A DNA stretch of 63,431 bases, counting the filler, from Octopus bimaculoides (taxonomy: Eukaryota), in the NCBI RefSeq assembly GCF_001194135.2. It is 6 parts of 5 records of this genome, joined end to end, with 100 filler letters (N's around TTAATTAATTAA, not from the genome) between each part and the next. Parts side by side here need not be neighbours in the genome. Positions count along the whole stretch, not along the records: positions 39,495 to 55,314 come from NC_068993.1; positions 55,415 to 61,148 come from NC_068982.1; positions 61,249 to 63,431 come from NC_068998.1; 3 more parts are not named here. One strand, 5' to 3'. This document shows positions 50,737-62,215 of the stretch, one piece after another. How positions within the stretch are numbered: the first letter of the stretch is position 1; the number at the start of each line of letters is the position of its first letter. Made by a program: the position numbers and the translations under genes. Below the pieces are notes generated by a model. The model searched no databases. It was not told the origin of the DNA and was given only the letters and a program-made list of their open reading frames with translations.

Positions 50737-52576
50737 TTGCTCCAGATTTTCCTTCAGAAGGAGTCTATGTCTTCTCACGAAGGAGCTTCTTTGATACTTA
50801 TTGCTTCTCTTCTCATGTCTCTGTACACTGCTGTCTGGTTCCAGTTAACATTTTTGTATATTGTTTTTTGTTTCGGTTATTCTCCTTTGATGTTGGAGTT
50901 TCTCACTGACAACTTTTAACTCCTGCTTGAGGGTGTGTATGTATGTACGTACGTACGTATGTATGTATGTATGTATGTATGTATGTATGTATGTATGTAT
51001 GTATGTATGTATACTTATCGAAAACATTCCGAGAAAACAACTAAAAAAGAATCTAAATAAAGAAAATTATAGCGTATCTTTATAATAAAAATGCCTTTTA
51101 ATTGTGTAGGGTATACGAGAAAAGACTGATGTATTGAAACACTTCTAATTCAATAGTAAGGTGTTGATTATTATAGATAAGAAAAAACAACACATACAAA
51201 CTTGCTCGACAAGAGATTATAGTTTGAGCATCCAATGAGACCGGAACCTATATATGTTTCCTTTTGACGCCTTTACATATTTAGTTTTAGCCTAAAAATC
51301 TCTGGTAATAATAATAATAATAATGTTTATCATTACAGAAAACCCTATGTAACAACACAGTAAGTTGGAAATAATTTTCCATTATATTGTGTAGTTCTCG
51401 TCGATCTTTGTCGAATGAACTAAAGATTAAAGACATTGCAACTGTGACCATCTCACCTTTTTGTATATCTGTGTCTACAATGCGGAACTCAAATATCTCA
51501 CTAATTTCAAGCGACTTATATGAGGGAGATTTGGTTGCTAATTGTAGCAGGTTGAGTGAAAGTCTAAATCATAAGCTAAATTTACTATTAAAAATAGCCT
51601 GATCCAACAAGTCACTGGTCATTGTCTGTTGCCAAAATAATTAAGAGGAAAAAAAATATTGCGTGACTTTTTATGAATACTATGGTTGATCATAAGAAAA
51701 ATATTAAACTTTTAAAGAAAAAAGAAATTAAATTTGAGACACGGCTGTCAACGTTTTTTCCAGTTTCAGGAAGCCCGCTGGAATCTGTTTTCATGGGCGC
51801 AGTTAACGTAGCGAGTTTTCTTTGATCTCTTTTAATAACAACAGCAGCAAAGAAATACTACAGTTGTAACTTTTACCTGGTCACCGAGCCTACTAAAATT
51901 AGTAACCAAATGATCCTCCAGAGACATCTTTCCATTTAAAAAATAAAATGAGGATATATTGGATAATGTTGTTCTTCAAAGTAAGGTGAGATTGCTCTGT
52001 CCAATGAGGATTTACCTGGCTTTCAACTGCAGCAGCAGCAGCAACAACAACAACAACATCTGAAGACAAATAAGCAGACAAGCTATATCGGCACTATCAG
52101 AAGTAAACTAGGAACCAAAGAAATATAATCCGGACAAAACATTGAGAGAAGTGCATAACAACATAGATACGGAATACAATTATTATGTAAAATGTTCACG
52201 AAGACAGAGCTGGGTTCTTTCTTTAAGAAGAGGGCAACTCTAAACATAAGACTGATTCTCTTGCACATAGTAAACTAACATATTTCACTGCGTGAACTGT
52301 TTGTACTTATTGCTACGACAGACCAAATAATTCTCTAAGTTTACTGTTTCACGAGCAATTATTATTGTTATACATTAGTCTAGAAACTTGAGTACTGAAT
52401 CTAGTTCGTGTAAGCACCGTAACACCAGAGACATTATATGTTTAAGTGGGGGGAAACTGGAGTAGGAGATTGAATCCATCGTCAGGTTTCACATAACTCC
52501 GCTTACATGGAGAAGAATTGTGTTTTCGATGGAAAGCATTCAAAGAAAGACTGCTGGCATAAACTCCGGCATTCAT
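50737..52576 (-). pseudogene. Possible exon chain of an unidentified gene or pseudogene (52576-52507, 52059-52016, 51927-51877, from 51625, 50922-50737)
   Basis: AG/GT-bounded segments with good donors (CAT|GTAAGC, CAG|GTAAAT, CAG|GTAAAA, CAA|GTAAGT). The first three junctions are phase-compatible, but there are in-frame stops at 51569-51571 and 50845-50847, and no homology was recognised. Confidence 0.25.
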
Positions 52577-52945
52577 ACGAATGTGTGAGCATGTATGTAT
52601 GTTCGCGTGTACGCTTCTTTGTATCTGCGCACACGTGCGCGCGCATGTTCATCCGTCTGTGCATGTGTAAAATTTATATTACAAGCGCATACATGCATAC
52701 ACATACACACTCCCAAATACACAGATACGCACCCACCCGAACTATCAATTTAGCTATTGAAGCTAAAACTTCCCTCCGTTACTACTCTAGCTTTCACGCT
52801 TTCCTTTTTCACAACCGAAATGTGAAACTCAGAGTTGCAACGGAAGGAAACTTGCAGTTTTCAATAATTGAATAAACTCCGTTATGTGTATTGAGTATTT
52901 TCTACCCACGTTTGTAAATCAAGCCTGTGTATACATACAAATATC

Positions 52946-52988
<43 letters not shown>

Positions 52989-53035
52989 ATGTATGTATGT
53001 ATGCATGTATGTATGTATGTATGCATGTATGCATG

Positions 53036-53083
<48 letters not shown>

Positions 53084-53108
53084 CCTAAACACATATGCAT
53101 GAATATGC

Positions 53109-53150
<42 letters not shown>

Positions 53151-53742
53151 NNNNNNNNNNNNNNNNNNNNNNNNNNNNNNNNNNNNNNNNNNNNNNNNNN
53201 NNNNNNNNNNNNNNNNNNNNNNNNNNNNNNNNNNNNNNNNNNNNNNNNNNNNNNNNNNNNNNNNNNNNNNNNNNNNNNNNNNNNNNNNNNNNNNNNNNNN
53301 NNNNNNNNNNNNNNNNNNNNNNNNNNNNNNNNNNNNNNNNNNNNNNNNNNNNNNNNNNNNNNNNNNNNNNNNNNNNNNNNNNNNNNNNNNNNNNNNNNNN
53401 NNNNNNNNNNNNNNNNNNNNNNNNNNNNNNNNNNNNNNNNNNNNNNNNNNNNNNNNNNNNNNNNNNNNNNNNNNNNNNNNNNNNNNNNNNNNNNNNNNNN
53501 NNNNNNNNNNNNNNNNNNNNNNNNNNNNNNNNNNNNNNNNNNNNNNNNNNNNNNNNNNNNNNNNNNNNNNNNNNNNNNNNNNNNNNNNNNNNNNNNNNNN
53601 NNNNNNNNNNNNNNNNNNNNNNNNNNNNNNNNNNNNNNNNNNNNNNNNNNNNNNNNNNNNNNNNNNNNNNNNNNNNNNNNNNNNNNNNNNNNNNNNNNNN
53701 NNNNNNNNNNNNNNNNNNNNNNNNNNNNNNNNNNNNNNNNNN

Positions 53743-53779
<37 letters not shown>

Positions 53780-53794
53780 TATATATATATGTCG

Positions 53795-54215
53795 CAGGTG
53801 ACTGTGTGGTAAGAAGCTTGCTTTCCAGCCACATGATTCGGGGTTTAGTCCCACTGCGTGGCACCTTGGGCAAGTATCTTCTACTGTAGCCTCGAGCTGA
53901 GTTTGCGTATGCGTGTGTGTGTATGTGTGAGTCGATTTGGTAGAAAGAAATTGAAAGAAGCCTGTCATGTATATTATATATATGTATATATATTAATGTG
54001 TGTGTGTGTCTTCGTGTGGAGGCGCGTGGCTTAGTGGTTAGGGTGGTTAGGTCTCGATTCCTGGAACGGACGACGCGTTGTGTTCTTGAGCAAAACACTT
54101 CATTTCACGTTGCTCCAGTCCACTCAGCTGGCAAATGTGAGTAATGCTGCCATGGACTGGCGTCCCGTCCAGCTGGGGAACGCATATTGAAACCGGGAAA
54201 TCGGGCCCATGTGTC
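53795..54215 (+). mobile_element. SINE family 1 5' half (53795-53970) followed by a family 3 head (54020-54215)
   Basis: Motif matches to the other copies. Confidence 0.75.
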
Positions 54216-54754
54216 TAGCTAGTGTAGTTGAGTTTTAATATTTTCATATTCGGTTACTAAAATGAAGGTTATGAAGTTTAGTATGGCTAACAAAAGGTTA
54301 ACCATATTAATCTCTCAGGAAACTATTAGGTGATGTAAGAGCGCTCAGCTATGAACGCACTGCATCTTATAGTAGAAACAACTGTAAGCTAATGAAGTTC
54401 ATTGCATAATTTACTCTGACTTTGTCATTTATTTAATTTCATATACACATACATATATGTATATAAATATAAAGAGATAAGAACCATTCCTATTTAATCA
54501 TTAAACCGCTCATGGATTTAAATAGAGAAAATGTATGGAAAAATTACATAAGGTTTTGAACTGAAATCAGAGAAACCGGATCCAGGTCAGTTAAATATGA
54601 CTTATTCCTATACTACAAAATATCTCTTTTAACCGCAAAAATCAAAAATGTATATAAATGACCATTTTTCTATACAAAGGACATGAAGCAACACGTGACC
54701 CCTTATTTTTTCCTTGTTCCCTTTCACCCTTCTCACTTTCATTATATTTTTTAT

Positions 54755-55135
54755 TTTATTCTTTTATTTGTTTCAGTCATTTGACTGTGGCCATGCTGGA
54801 GTACCTCCTTTAGCCGAACAAATCGGCCCCAGGACTTATTCTTTGTAAGCTTTGTACCTATTCCATCGGTCACTTTAGCCGAACCGCTAGGTAACGGGGA
54901 AGCAAACAGACCAACATCGGTTGTCAAGAGATGGTGGTGAGACAAACACAAACATACAAATACACACATATATATACGACAGGCTTCTTTCAGTTTCCGT
55001 CTACCAAATCCTCTCACTAGGTTTTGGTCGGCCCGAGGCTATAGTAGTGGATATTTGCCCAAGATGCAACGAAGTGGGACGAAGCCAGAACCATGTGGTT
55101 GGTAAGCAAGTTACTTACCACACAGCCACGCCTGT
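54755..55135 (-). mobile_element. Full-length SINE family 1 copy
   Basis: Tail TTGTTTCAGTCATTTGACTGTGGCCATGC through head CTTACCACACAGCCAC. Confidence 0.88.
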
Positions 55136-55414
55136 GCCTGTGTTTATATGAATTATATATAGCAAACTCACCTTAAGTATACGTATATCAATATGATTTC
55201 GGTTGAACTATGATACAAAAACATGTATTCTGTGAAAACGTATCGTTATATTTTATTTTTCATACTCAATAAACCCGTAGAATAAAATTATTCTCAACTT
55301 AAGTTAAAGAAGTTNNNNNNNNNNNNNNNNNNNNNNNNNNNNNNNNNNNNNNNNNNNNTTAATTAATTAANNNNNNNNNNNNNNNNNNNNNNNNNNNNNN
55401 NNNNNNNNNNNNNN

Positions 55415-55672
55415 TAGTTGGGCTATGACCCTCTCCGTAACTTTCATAACCTGATCTAACAGCTTGATGCCTCTGTAATTATTTGTATCTAAAGCATCAC
55501 CTTTACCTTTGTAGCAGTTGACTATGGTGCTGCTACACCAGTCATTGGGTATGACTCCTTCGTGTATCACCTGTTTTGTAATACGGGTGACTAGGCTGTA
55601 GCCAACACTGCCAGATATTTTGAGCATCTCTGCAGTGATTCCTGATGGGTCGGGGGCTTTCCCTGTCTTATT
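55415..55672 (-). mobile_element. RTE-clade LINE reverse transcriptase fragment
   Basis: KTGKAPDPSGITAEMLK...IPNDWCSSTIVNCYKGKGDALDTNNYRGIKLL. Confidence 0.85.
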
Positions 55673-56194
55673 CAAGTATGTATATAAACATGTTAGTGTG
55701 TGTATATGTATGTATACAAATATATGTATAGTTGTCTGTTTGTCTATGTGTGCTGGTATTTGTGTAGATGTGTATACAGTCAGAAATGAAGATAAACATC
55801 AGTATGTCACAACAGTGACATTTACTTGCAATCTTCCATTGAAATATGTCTATATTTGCGGAAATATTACAGGTGAAAATTAGTGACAGTAAAAGCAGCT
55901 GATTGTACAAAATCTGCTTGAGCAAATCTCATCTGATCCATGCAAGCATGGATAAAAATATAGAATATGAAATAACAAAGATCTTGATGGAAATAGTCAT
56001 ATATCAGAAATAGGAAAATTCACTGCAGTATATAACTTTAATCCAATATTGCTGCATATTATGTATCTTCATTAAATATGCTATGCAGATGACTATTTTA
56101 ATCTAATACTACTGCTTCTTCATGATGTGTCTGCATTGAGTATGATACACATATTGCAATTTTATTCTAATACTGCTTGACTATTTGCAATGTA

Positions 56195-57366
56195 TTGGAT
56201 CGTCCCATAAATAATGCAATTTTTTCAATTACATGAACTAAAAGTCAGTGAGAGATGGGATAAACTACCTGCATCAACTTGCTATGAAAGCAGATACATT
56301 CTATCTTGTACTTATTCTTAGTGCAAATTCGATTTTAACAGTTATTTTTTCAAAGCTATAATGGAAGTGGCAAAAGAACATATTTGGCATATTTTGCTTT
56401 ATGAGTTCAATAAAGGCAACAATGCAATAAAAAGTGCAAGGAATATTAATGTAGTATCTGGGGATTGGACAATAGGCGTGAGCCAGTGTCAACAGTGGTT
56501 CCAGAAATTCCGAGCCTGAAACTACAGCCTAGAAGATGAACCTCATCCTGGAAAATCTGTAGAGCTCAATGACGACATCCTGCAAACCCTGGTAGAACAA
56601 AATCCCATCATAATTGTTGAGGAACTAGCAGAGAAGATTGGATTTGGTCATTCAACCATTCATTGCCACCTGTATGCCATCGGAAAAGTTAGCAAATTGG
56701 GTCAGTGGGTTTCTCACAAACTTTCCGAGTCTAATCACATGCAGAGAGTGAATGTGTGCTCTTCTTTGCTATCATGTCTCACAAATGAACACCTTTTTTT
56801 GGACTAAATAGTGACTGGTGACAAGAAATGGGTTCTCTAAAAATGTCAAGTGCCAAAGACTGGATAGGGAAAGGAGAAACACCGGCACCCCAGGCTAAAG
56901 GTTTTATCCACGTAATGTGTTATCTGTTTGGTGGGATATGATAACAGACAATGACAAAGGAGATCTGCTGTGAGCAGCTTGAGTGGTTTTAAGATGACAG
57001 GTCTTCTTCTATCAGGATAATGCACATTCCAAAGGCTGGAGCAGTTTGAATGGGAAACCATGCCCCAACCACCATATTTGCCGGATATTGCCCCATCTGA
57101 TTTTCATTTATTCTGTAGTCTTCAAAATCATTTGGACAGAAAAAATATGAATTCTGTAGACAAGGTCAGAACAGTACTGGAGGAGTATTTTTCATCACGG
57201 ACAAGTGAATTTTGGAAGAGGGGCCTTGCAAGTCTACCAGATAGATGGAAGAGCATTGTAGAAAATGAAAGAGAGTATATTTTAGATTAAAAAAGAACTT
57301 TGTTTATCTTAATTTTGAAAAATAAAAGAAGTTTTAAAAACCGGCATTATTTATGGGATGACCCAA
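56195..57366 (+). mobile_element. Decayed mariner transposon upstream of KRTCAP2 exon 57513
   Basis: TIRs TTGGATCGTCCCATAAATAATGC / TTGGGTCATCCCATAAATAATGC with TA on both sides. Transposase pieces MEVAKEHIWHILLYEF, LGQWVSHKL, IVTGDKKW and PQPPYLPDIAPSDFHLF. Confidence 0.92.
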
Positions 57367-57512
57367 TATTTGCATTAAATACGATACACATGTACCTATT
57401 TTAATCTAATACTGCTTCTTTTGCATATAATGGATGTTCAAAGAAATTCTTAAAAATACTATTTTGTTGGTAGAATTTTTGTATATAATTAAGATTTGTT
57501 TATTTTTTCCAG

Positions 57513-57667
57513 CTGTTTCTGTTGGATCTTCCTGCTTTTTATCCTCAACACTTACAGTATTATTGTTTGCTGGAATGCAGATGTTCCGCAATCAGCTTGG
57601 ATCAACCGAATATTTCACCATTTTGGGAGGTTTTCTTGGTTCCTGGATTTTCATCCTTCTGTTGACC
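57513..57667 (+). CDS. KRTCAP2: Keratinocyte-associated protein 2 (KCP2, oligosaccharyltransferase-associated), internal exon
   Basis: (A)[51 protein letters not shown] aligns with vertebrate KRTCAP2 ([29 protein letters not shown]). Acceptor TTTTTTCCAG; 155 nt; phase 1 to 0. The start-codon exon was not found. Confidence 0.92.
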
Positions 57668-58164
57668 GTATCCTTTTCACAAATGCTTCAAAGGAAAAAT
57701 AACTTTCAGCCTAGAAAGTGCTTTGTATATCTCTCTGTAGCTGTCATTACCAATACATTTCTACGATTACTTTTCACTGATGGCACATAATACTATATTT
57801 TACCCAACACTCTGTGTCCATTTGTGTCACATACTCATATCCATGCACCCATCTCTCTCCTATATACATCGATGTCTTCCATACTCGTCATGCTCTTGGC
57901 ACACTTCTGCTCCATCTCTCATTTGAATTCATGTTCTTCATCAACAGGTCATATTTCCTTATATCTTCCCAACTTCCTCAAGTGTTCCACATTCAGTGAT
58001 GAACTCCTTCTCCTACTACTGTGTAGCTTCATGTGGCTTTAGGTTCAGTTCCACCACATGGCACCATAGGCAAATATCTTAGGCAGACCAAAGCCTTGTG
58101 AGTAGATTTGGTTAGCAGAAACCGAAAGAAGTCTTTTGTATATGTTGGATGTGTGTGTATGTAT

Positions 58165-58547
58165 ATACTCTTTTATTTGTTTCAGTCATTTGACTGTGGC
58201 TATGCTGGAGCACCGCCTTTAGTCGAGCAAATCGACCCCAGGACTTATTCTTTGTAAGCCCAGTACTTTTTCTATCGGTCTCTTTTGCTGAACCGCTAAG
58301 TGACGGGGACATAAATACACCAGCATCGGGTGTCAAGCAATGCTAGGGGGACAAACATATACACATATATATACATATATACGATGGGCTTCTTTCAGTT
58401 TCCGTCTACCAAATTCACTCGCAAGGCTTTGGTCAGTCCGAGGTTATCATAGAAGACACTTGCCCAAGGTGCCACGCAGTGGGACTTGAACCCGGAACCA
58501 TGTGGTTGGTAAGCAAGCTACTTACCACACAGTCACTCCTGCGCCTA
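58165..58547 (-). mobile_element. Full-length SINE family 1 copy inside the U12 intron
   Basis: Near-consensus head, central domain and tail. Confidence 0.9.
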
Positions 58548-58614
58548 TATATATACACACAAACATATATATATATATAGAATAGCTAGAGTGAAGCATT
58601 GTGTGATATACTAC

Positions 58615-59483
58615 ATTAGATGAACTTGTAAGATAAGGCCGAAACAACAAGAGATAAAATACAAAGTAAACTACAAACATGAAAACAGAACAGATGGAGT
58701 TTTACCTTATATTTCAAAATTTTGGGGTTATGATCCCTTCCTCAGGACACGTGGAGAAATAAGGGATAGAATAAGTCATTGCTCAGATATATTGAGACAG
58801 ATGGTAACGTGTGCAGACATATGTTGTTATAATAGCCAGTTATCTTTGTGTATCTCTTTTCTGTTGTTTCAGCTTGTTAATAAGAAGGGCCACCTTGATT
58901 CTAAGATTGTTTGTATTATGTTGAGTGACCCTGATGGCCACTGTGAAATCCTGGGTCTGGCACTTCTGTGGATACTTGCAGATTCAAGTGGTTTTAGGTA
59001 TGTGTTCCTTGATGCAAATGTGCAGTTTTCTGGCAGTGCTCCCAATGTAGGTTTCACCCCATTTACAGCAGACTACCTTGTATACCAAATAAGGCCATGA
59101 GCACATTTTGAAGTTACTGTTGGAGCAATCAGATGGTGTGCACCCCATGATGTTAAGTCCCTCCCTGCAGATCAGGAAGGCCCTCCTTATTAACCCGCTA
59201 AGACTAAATCTAAACAGTAGAAAAGAGTTACACAAAGCCGACTGGTTATTATTACAACACGATGCTGCACATCCTCCCCAACATTTCTGAGTGACTACTT
59301 ATTCTATCCCTCATTTCTCCACGTGTCTTGAAGAAGTTATAATCATGAAATATTGAAATGTAAGGTAAAACTCCAACTGTTGCTCTATTTTGTTTTTGTA
59401 GTTTATCTCACATTGTATTTCATCACATTTAATTTGTATCTCATCTCACTTTGTTTCGTCCTTATCTTACAAGTTTATCTAAT
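58615..59483 (-). mobile_element. Penelope-like GIY-YIG fragment between about 180-200-bp inverted repeats (58615-58790 / 59283-59483)
   Basis: LVYKVVCCKWGETYIGSTARKLHICIKEH and LRIKVALLINKLK. The arms are reverse complements with a few indels. Confidence 0.75.
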
Positions 59484-59488
59484 ATATA

Positions 59489-59567
<79 letters not shown>

Positions 59568-59584
59568 CATCATCATCATCGTCG

Positions 59585-59770
59585 TCGTCGTTTAACCTCC
59601 GCTTCCCATGCTGGCATAGTTTGGATGGTTTGACTGAGGACTGGCGAGCCAGATGGCTGCACCAGGCTCCAATCTGATCTGGCAGAGTTTCTACAGCTGG
59701 ATGCCCTTCCTAATGCCAACCACTCCGAAAGTGTAGTGGGTGCTTTTACATGCCAGTCAGGCTGTACTGG
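59585..59770 (-). mobile_element. GGCATTAGGAAGGGCATCC-type repeat copy
   Basis: Reverse complement of the 8835-9015 family. Confidence 0.6.
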
Positions 59771-60624
59771 CAACGGCCACGCTCAAAATGGTGTATTTTA
59801 TGTCCCACCTGCACAGGAGCCAGTCCTGCGGCACTGGCAACGATCATGCTCGGACAGTGCTCTTAATCCTCCACTGGTACAGGTGCCATCACGATTTCGC
59901 TTTCGCTTGCCCCAACAGTGAAAGAGACGTTGGCATGGGTGCCAGTCGTCAAATTTTGTTCGATTTTGATTTCACTTGCCTCAACAGGTCTTTGCAAGCG
60001 GAGTTTAGTGTCCAATGAAGGAATGGTACGCATAAGTGGGCTGGCTACATCCCTGGCAGAGGCCTTGGATTTTGGTCTCACTTGGCTTGCCGGGTCTTCT
60101 CACGCACAGCATATTTCCAAAGGTCTCGGTCACACGTCATAAAAACCATGCGAAAACAGACACAGCCATAAAAACCATGCGAAAACAAACACAGAAGTAT
60201 GGTGCAGTCTTCTGCCTAACCAGCTCCTGTCAAACTTGTAAATGAGTGTTGCTGTCATACAAGCAGTGTCACTCATCGCCAATCTTCTGTGAAAACATGT
60301 TCATTCATTGGGAAATATTTCCTTGCTTGGGAACAAGTGAGGGCTGGTGACAGAAAAGGCATTCAGCCTTAGAAAATTTGTCTCAGTAAATTCTGTCTTA
60401 CCCATGCAAGCAAGGAAAAGTGGACACTAAATGATAAATCAATGACATTCTTTTGAATTGTAAGAAGCTTTTCCAAACAAACTCACTTTACATATACCAC
60501 AGTGCTTCAAGCAAACTACAGCATTGCCAAATTTGGTAGAAACCTTGGAATAATTCAATATTTTATTTCATTGTTTATGTTGCAAAATGCTATTCCACAA
60601 ATATTTCTTTAACAGTTCCATCAG

Positions 60625-60688
60625 GCATGCAATAATTTTGAAGTGTTAGTCTTTGGAAAAAACTTTCAGTCACAGTTGTTACCAGAAG
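60625..60688 (+). CDS. KRTCAP2: KRTCAP2 internal exon (64 nt)
   Basis: ACNNFEVLVFGKNFQSQLLPE aligns with vertebrate [21 protein letters not shown]. Donor AAG|GTAAGT at 60689. Later exons were not found in the window. Confidence 0.92.
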
Positions 60689-61248
60689 GTAAGTCGCAAA
60701 TATTTGATATATTCTTACCATGATGCATCCATGTTGCAGTCGGTGTAAATGTGGTGTAAACTAATTTCATTTTAGATTATAATAATGGTTTGGCATGGTT
60801 TTGTGGATAAGAAGTTTACTTCCCAATGATATGGTTTTGGGTTCAATACCACTGCCTGGTATCTTCAGTGAGTGTCTTCTGCTGAGAACGTGTGTCTGAT
60901 TGTATGTGGGCATCACTAAAACTTGAGAACTACATGACAAATTCCATTTAAATTTTACAGATGCCTTACTTAGGGTCCATGTAGTGTCATGGGCCAAAAC
61001 AAATTTTCAACTTCTTGCCTAATGCGAGCCCGGAGCAATCTCTTATCTCTTACATTATTTCAGTATTACGTGTCAAAAGTGAAACAATAACATCTCTATT
61101 GTATTGTGAGATACTTTCAGTTTTAATAGTGAAACAATTAATACTTTCNNNNNNNNNNNNNNNNNNNNNNNNNNNNNNNNNNNNNNNNNNNNTTAATTAA
61201 TTAANNNNNNNNNNNNNNNNNNNNNNNNNNNNNNNNNNNNNNNNNNNN

Positions 61249-61294
<46 letters not shown>

Positions 61295-62169
61295 TCCGCA
61301 CACGCACACGCGCGTGTGTACACACACTAACACACACACATACATACACACAACTACATACGCATACACACGCATGAATGATATATTCTAAAATAACTGA
61401 TTTTCAGAATTTACAGAAAACTGCAATACAAACATACATACAGACACACACATACGTATATATAACATATATATATATATATATATATATCATATGTGCG
61501 TGTAGTGTGTGTGAGCGTGTGTGTACGCATGTGTGTATGTATGTGCGTGTGTGTACTAACGAGTTGAGTAGTCCTCAATACACCTAGATGCCCCACGAGG
61601 AAAAACCTCCAGTCAATATTCCGTGTATTCTTTATGTGGCAAGTTTGAAATTCCAGTTCCCCTGTTTCTTCGTAGACATAAAAGAAAGCATAACCCCGAC
61701 TACCTTGTTGAGCCGTTCTCTCACAAACAAATTAAAGACAACCGAATGCGTGGGATATTTTAGAGAAACGGTTTTAGTTCATCGTTGATATTGCTGATTT
61801 TCCATTTCGTCTTCTTTATTGCCGTCCACAAATGATCGATTGACGTATCAATCGAAAACGATTGTTGCAGTATTGAAAATCATAATTCTTATTTGGTAAA
61901 ATATCTGATGATTGCCGTCCGGCTGCAAATTTGATGTAATGAATATAATGTCCGATGTTAACTGACAAGTAACAGTCATAATGCAAATTTGTATAAGCAT
62001 TATGGTGAGTCAATACAAATATAATGACATAATGCTTAGATGAGTGTTCCCGCATATATATATATATATATAGATACACCGGAGTAAGCACATGCAATGT
62101 GCAACAAGGTGGAAAAAAGAGTACTCAAATACCAGAGGTAGAGTAATATGCTTTATTTAAAAGCAGCAG

Positions 62170-62215
62170 AAAACTGTCCGATGAACGGGAACGTGAAACT
62201 CAGAGTAACGGTTTT
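62170..62215 (+). ncRNA. Minimal type I hammerhead ribozyme motif (repeat family B)
   Basis: AAAACUGU-CCGAUGA-ACG-GGAA-CGU-GAAACUC-A-GAGU-A-ACGGUUUU: 8-bp stem I, 3-bp stem II, 4-bp stem III with a 1-nt loop, GUA cleavage site. The core has U4C. Confidence 0.68.

Larger units (their letters stand above)
57668..60624 (+). other. KRTCAP2: U12-type (minor spliceosome) GT-AG intron of KRTCAP2
   Basis: 5' splice site GTATCCTTTT; branch site TTCTTTAAC at 60605-60613, with the branch A 12 nt upstream of the 3' AG; no real polypyrimidine tract; both flanking exons in frame. Confidence 0.88.

Noticed and set aside
51569-51571. In-frame TGA as a selenocysteine codon
   Set aside because: The exon chain itself is unproven, no SECIS was identified, and another segment has an in-frame TAA.
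57434-57790. Single-exon 118-aa ORF as the KRTCAP2 CDS
   Set aside because: Homology is limited to 57513-57667; the flanks are intronic.
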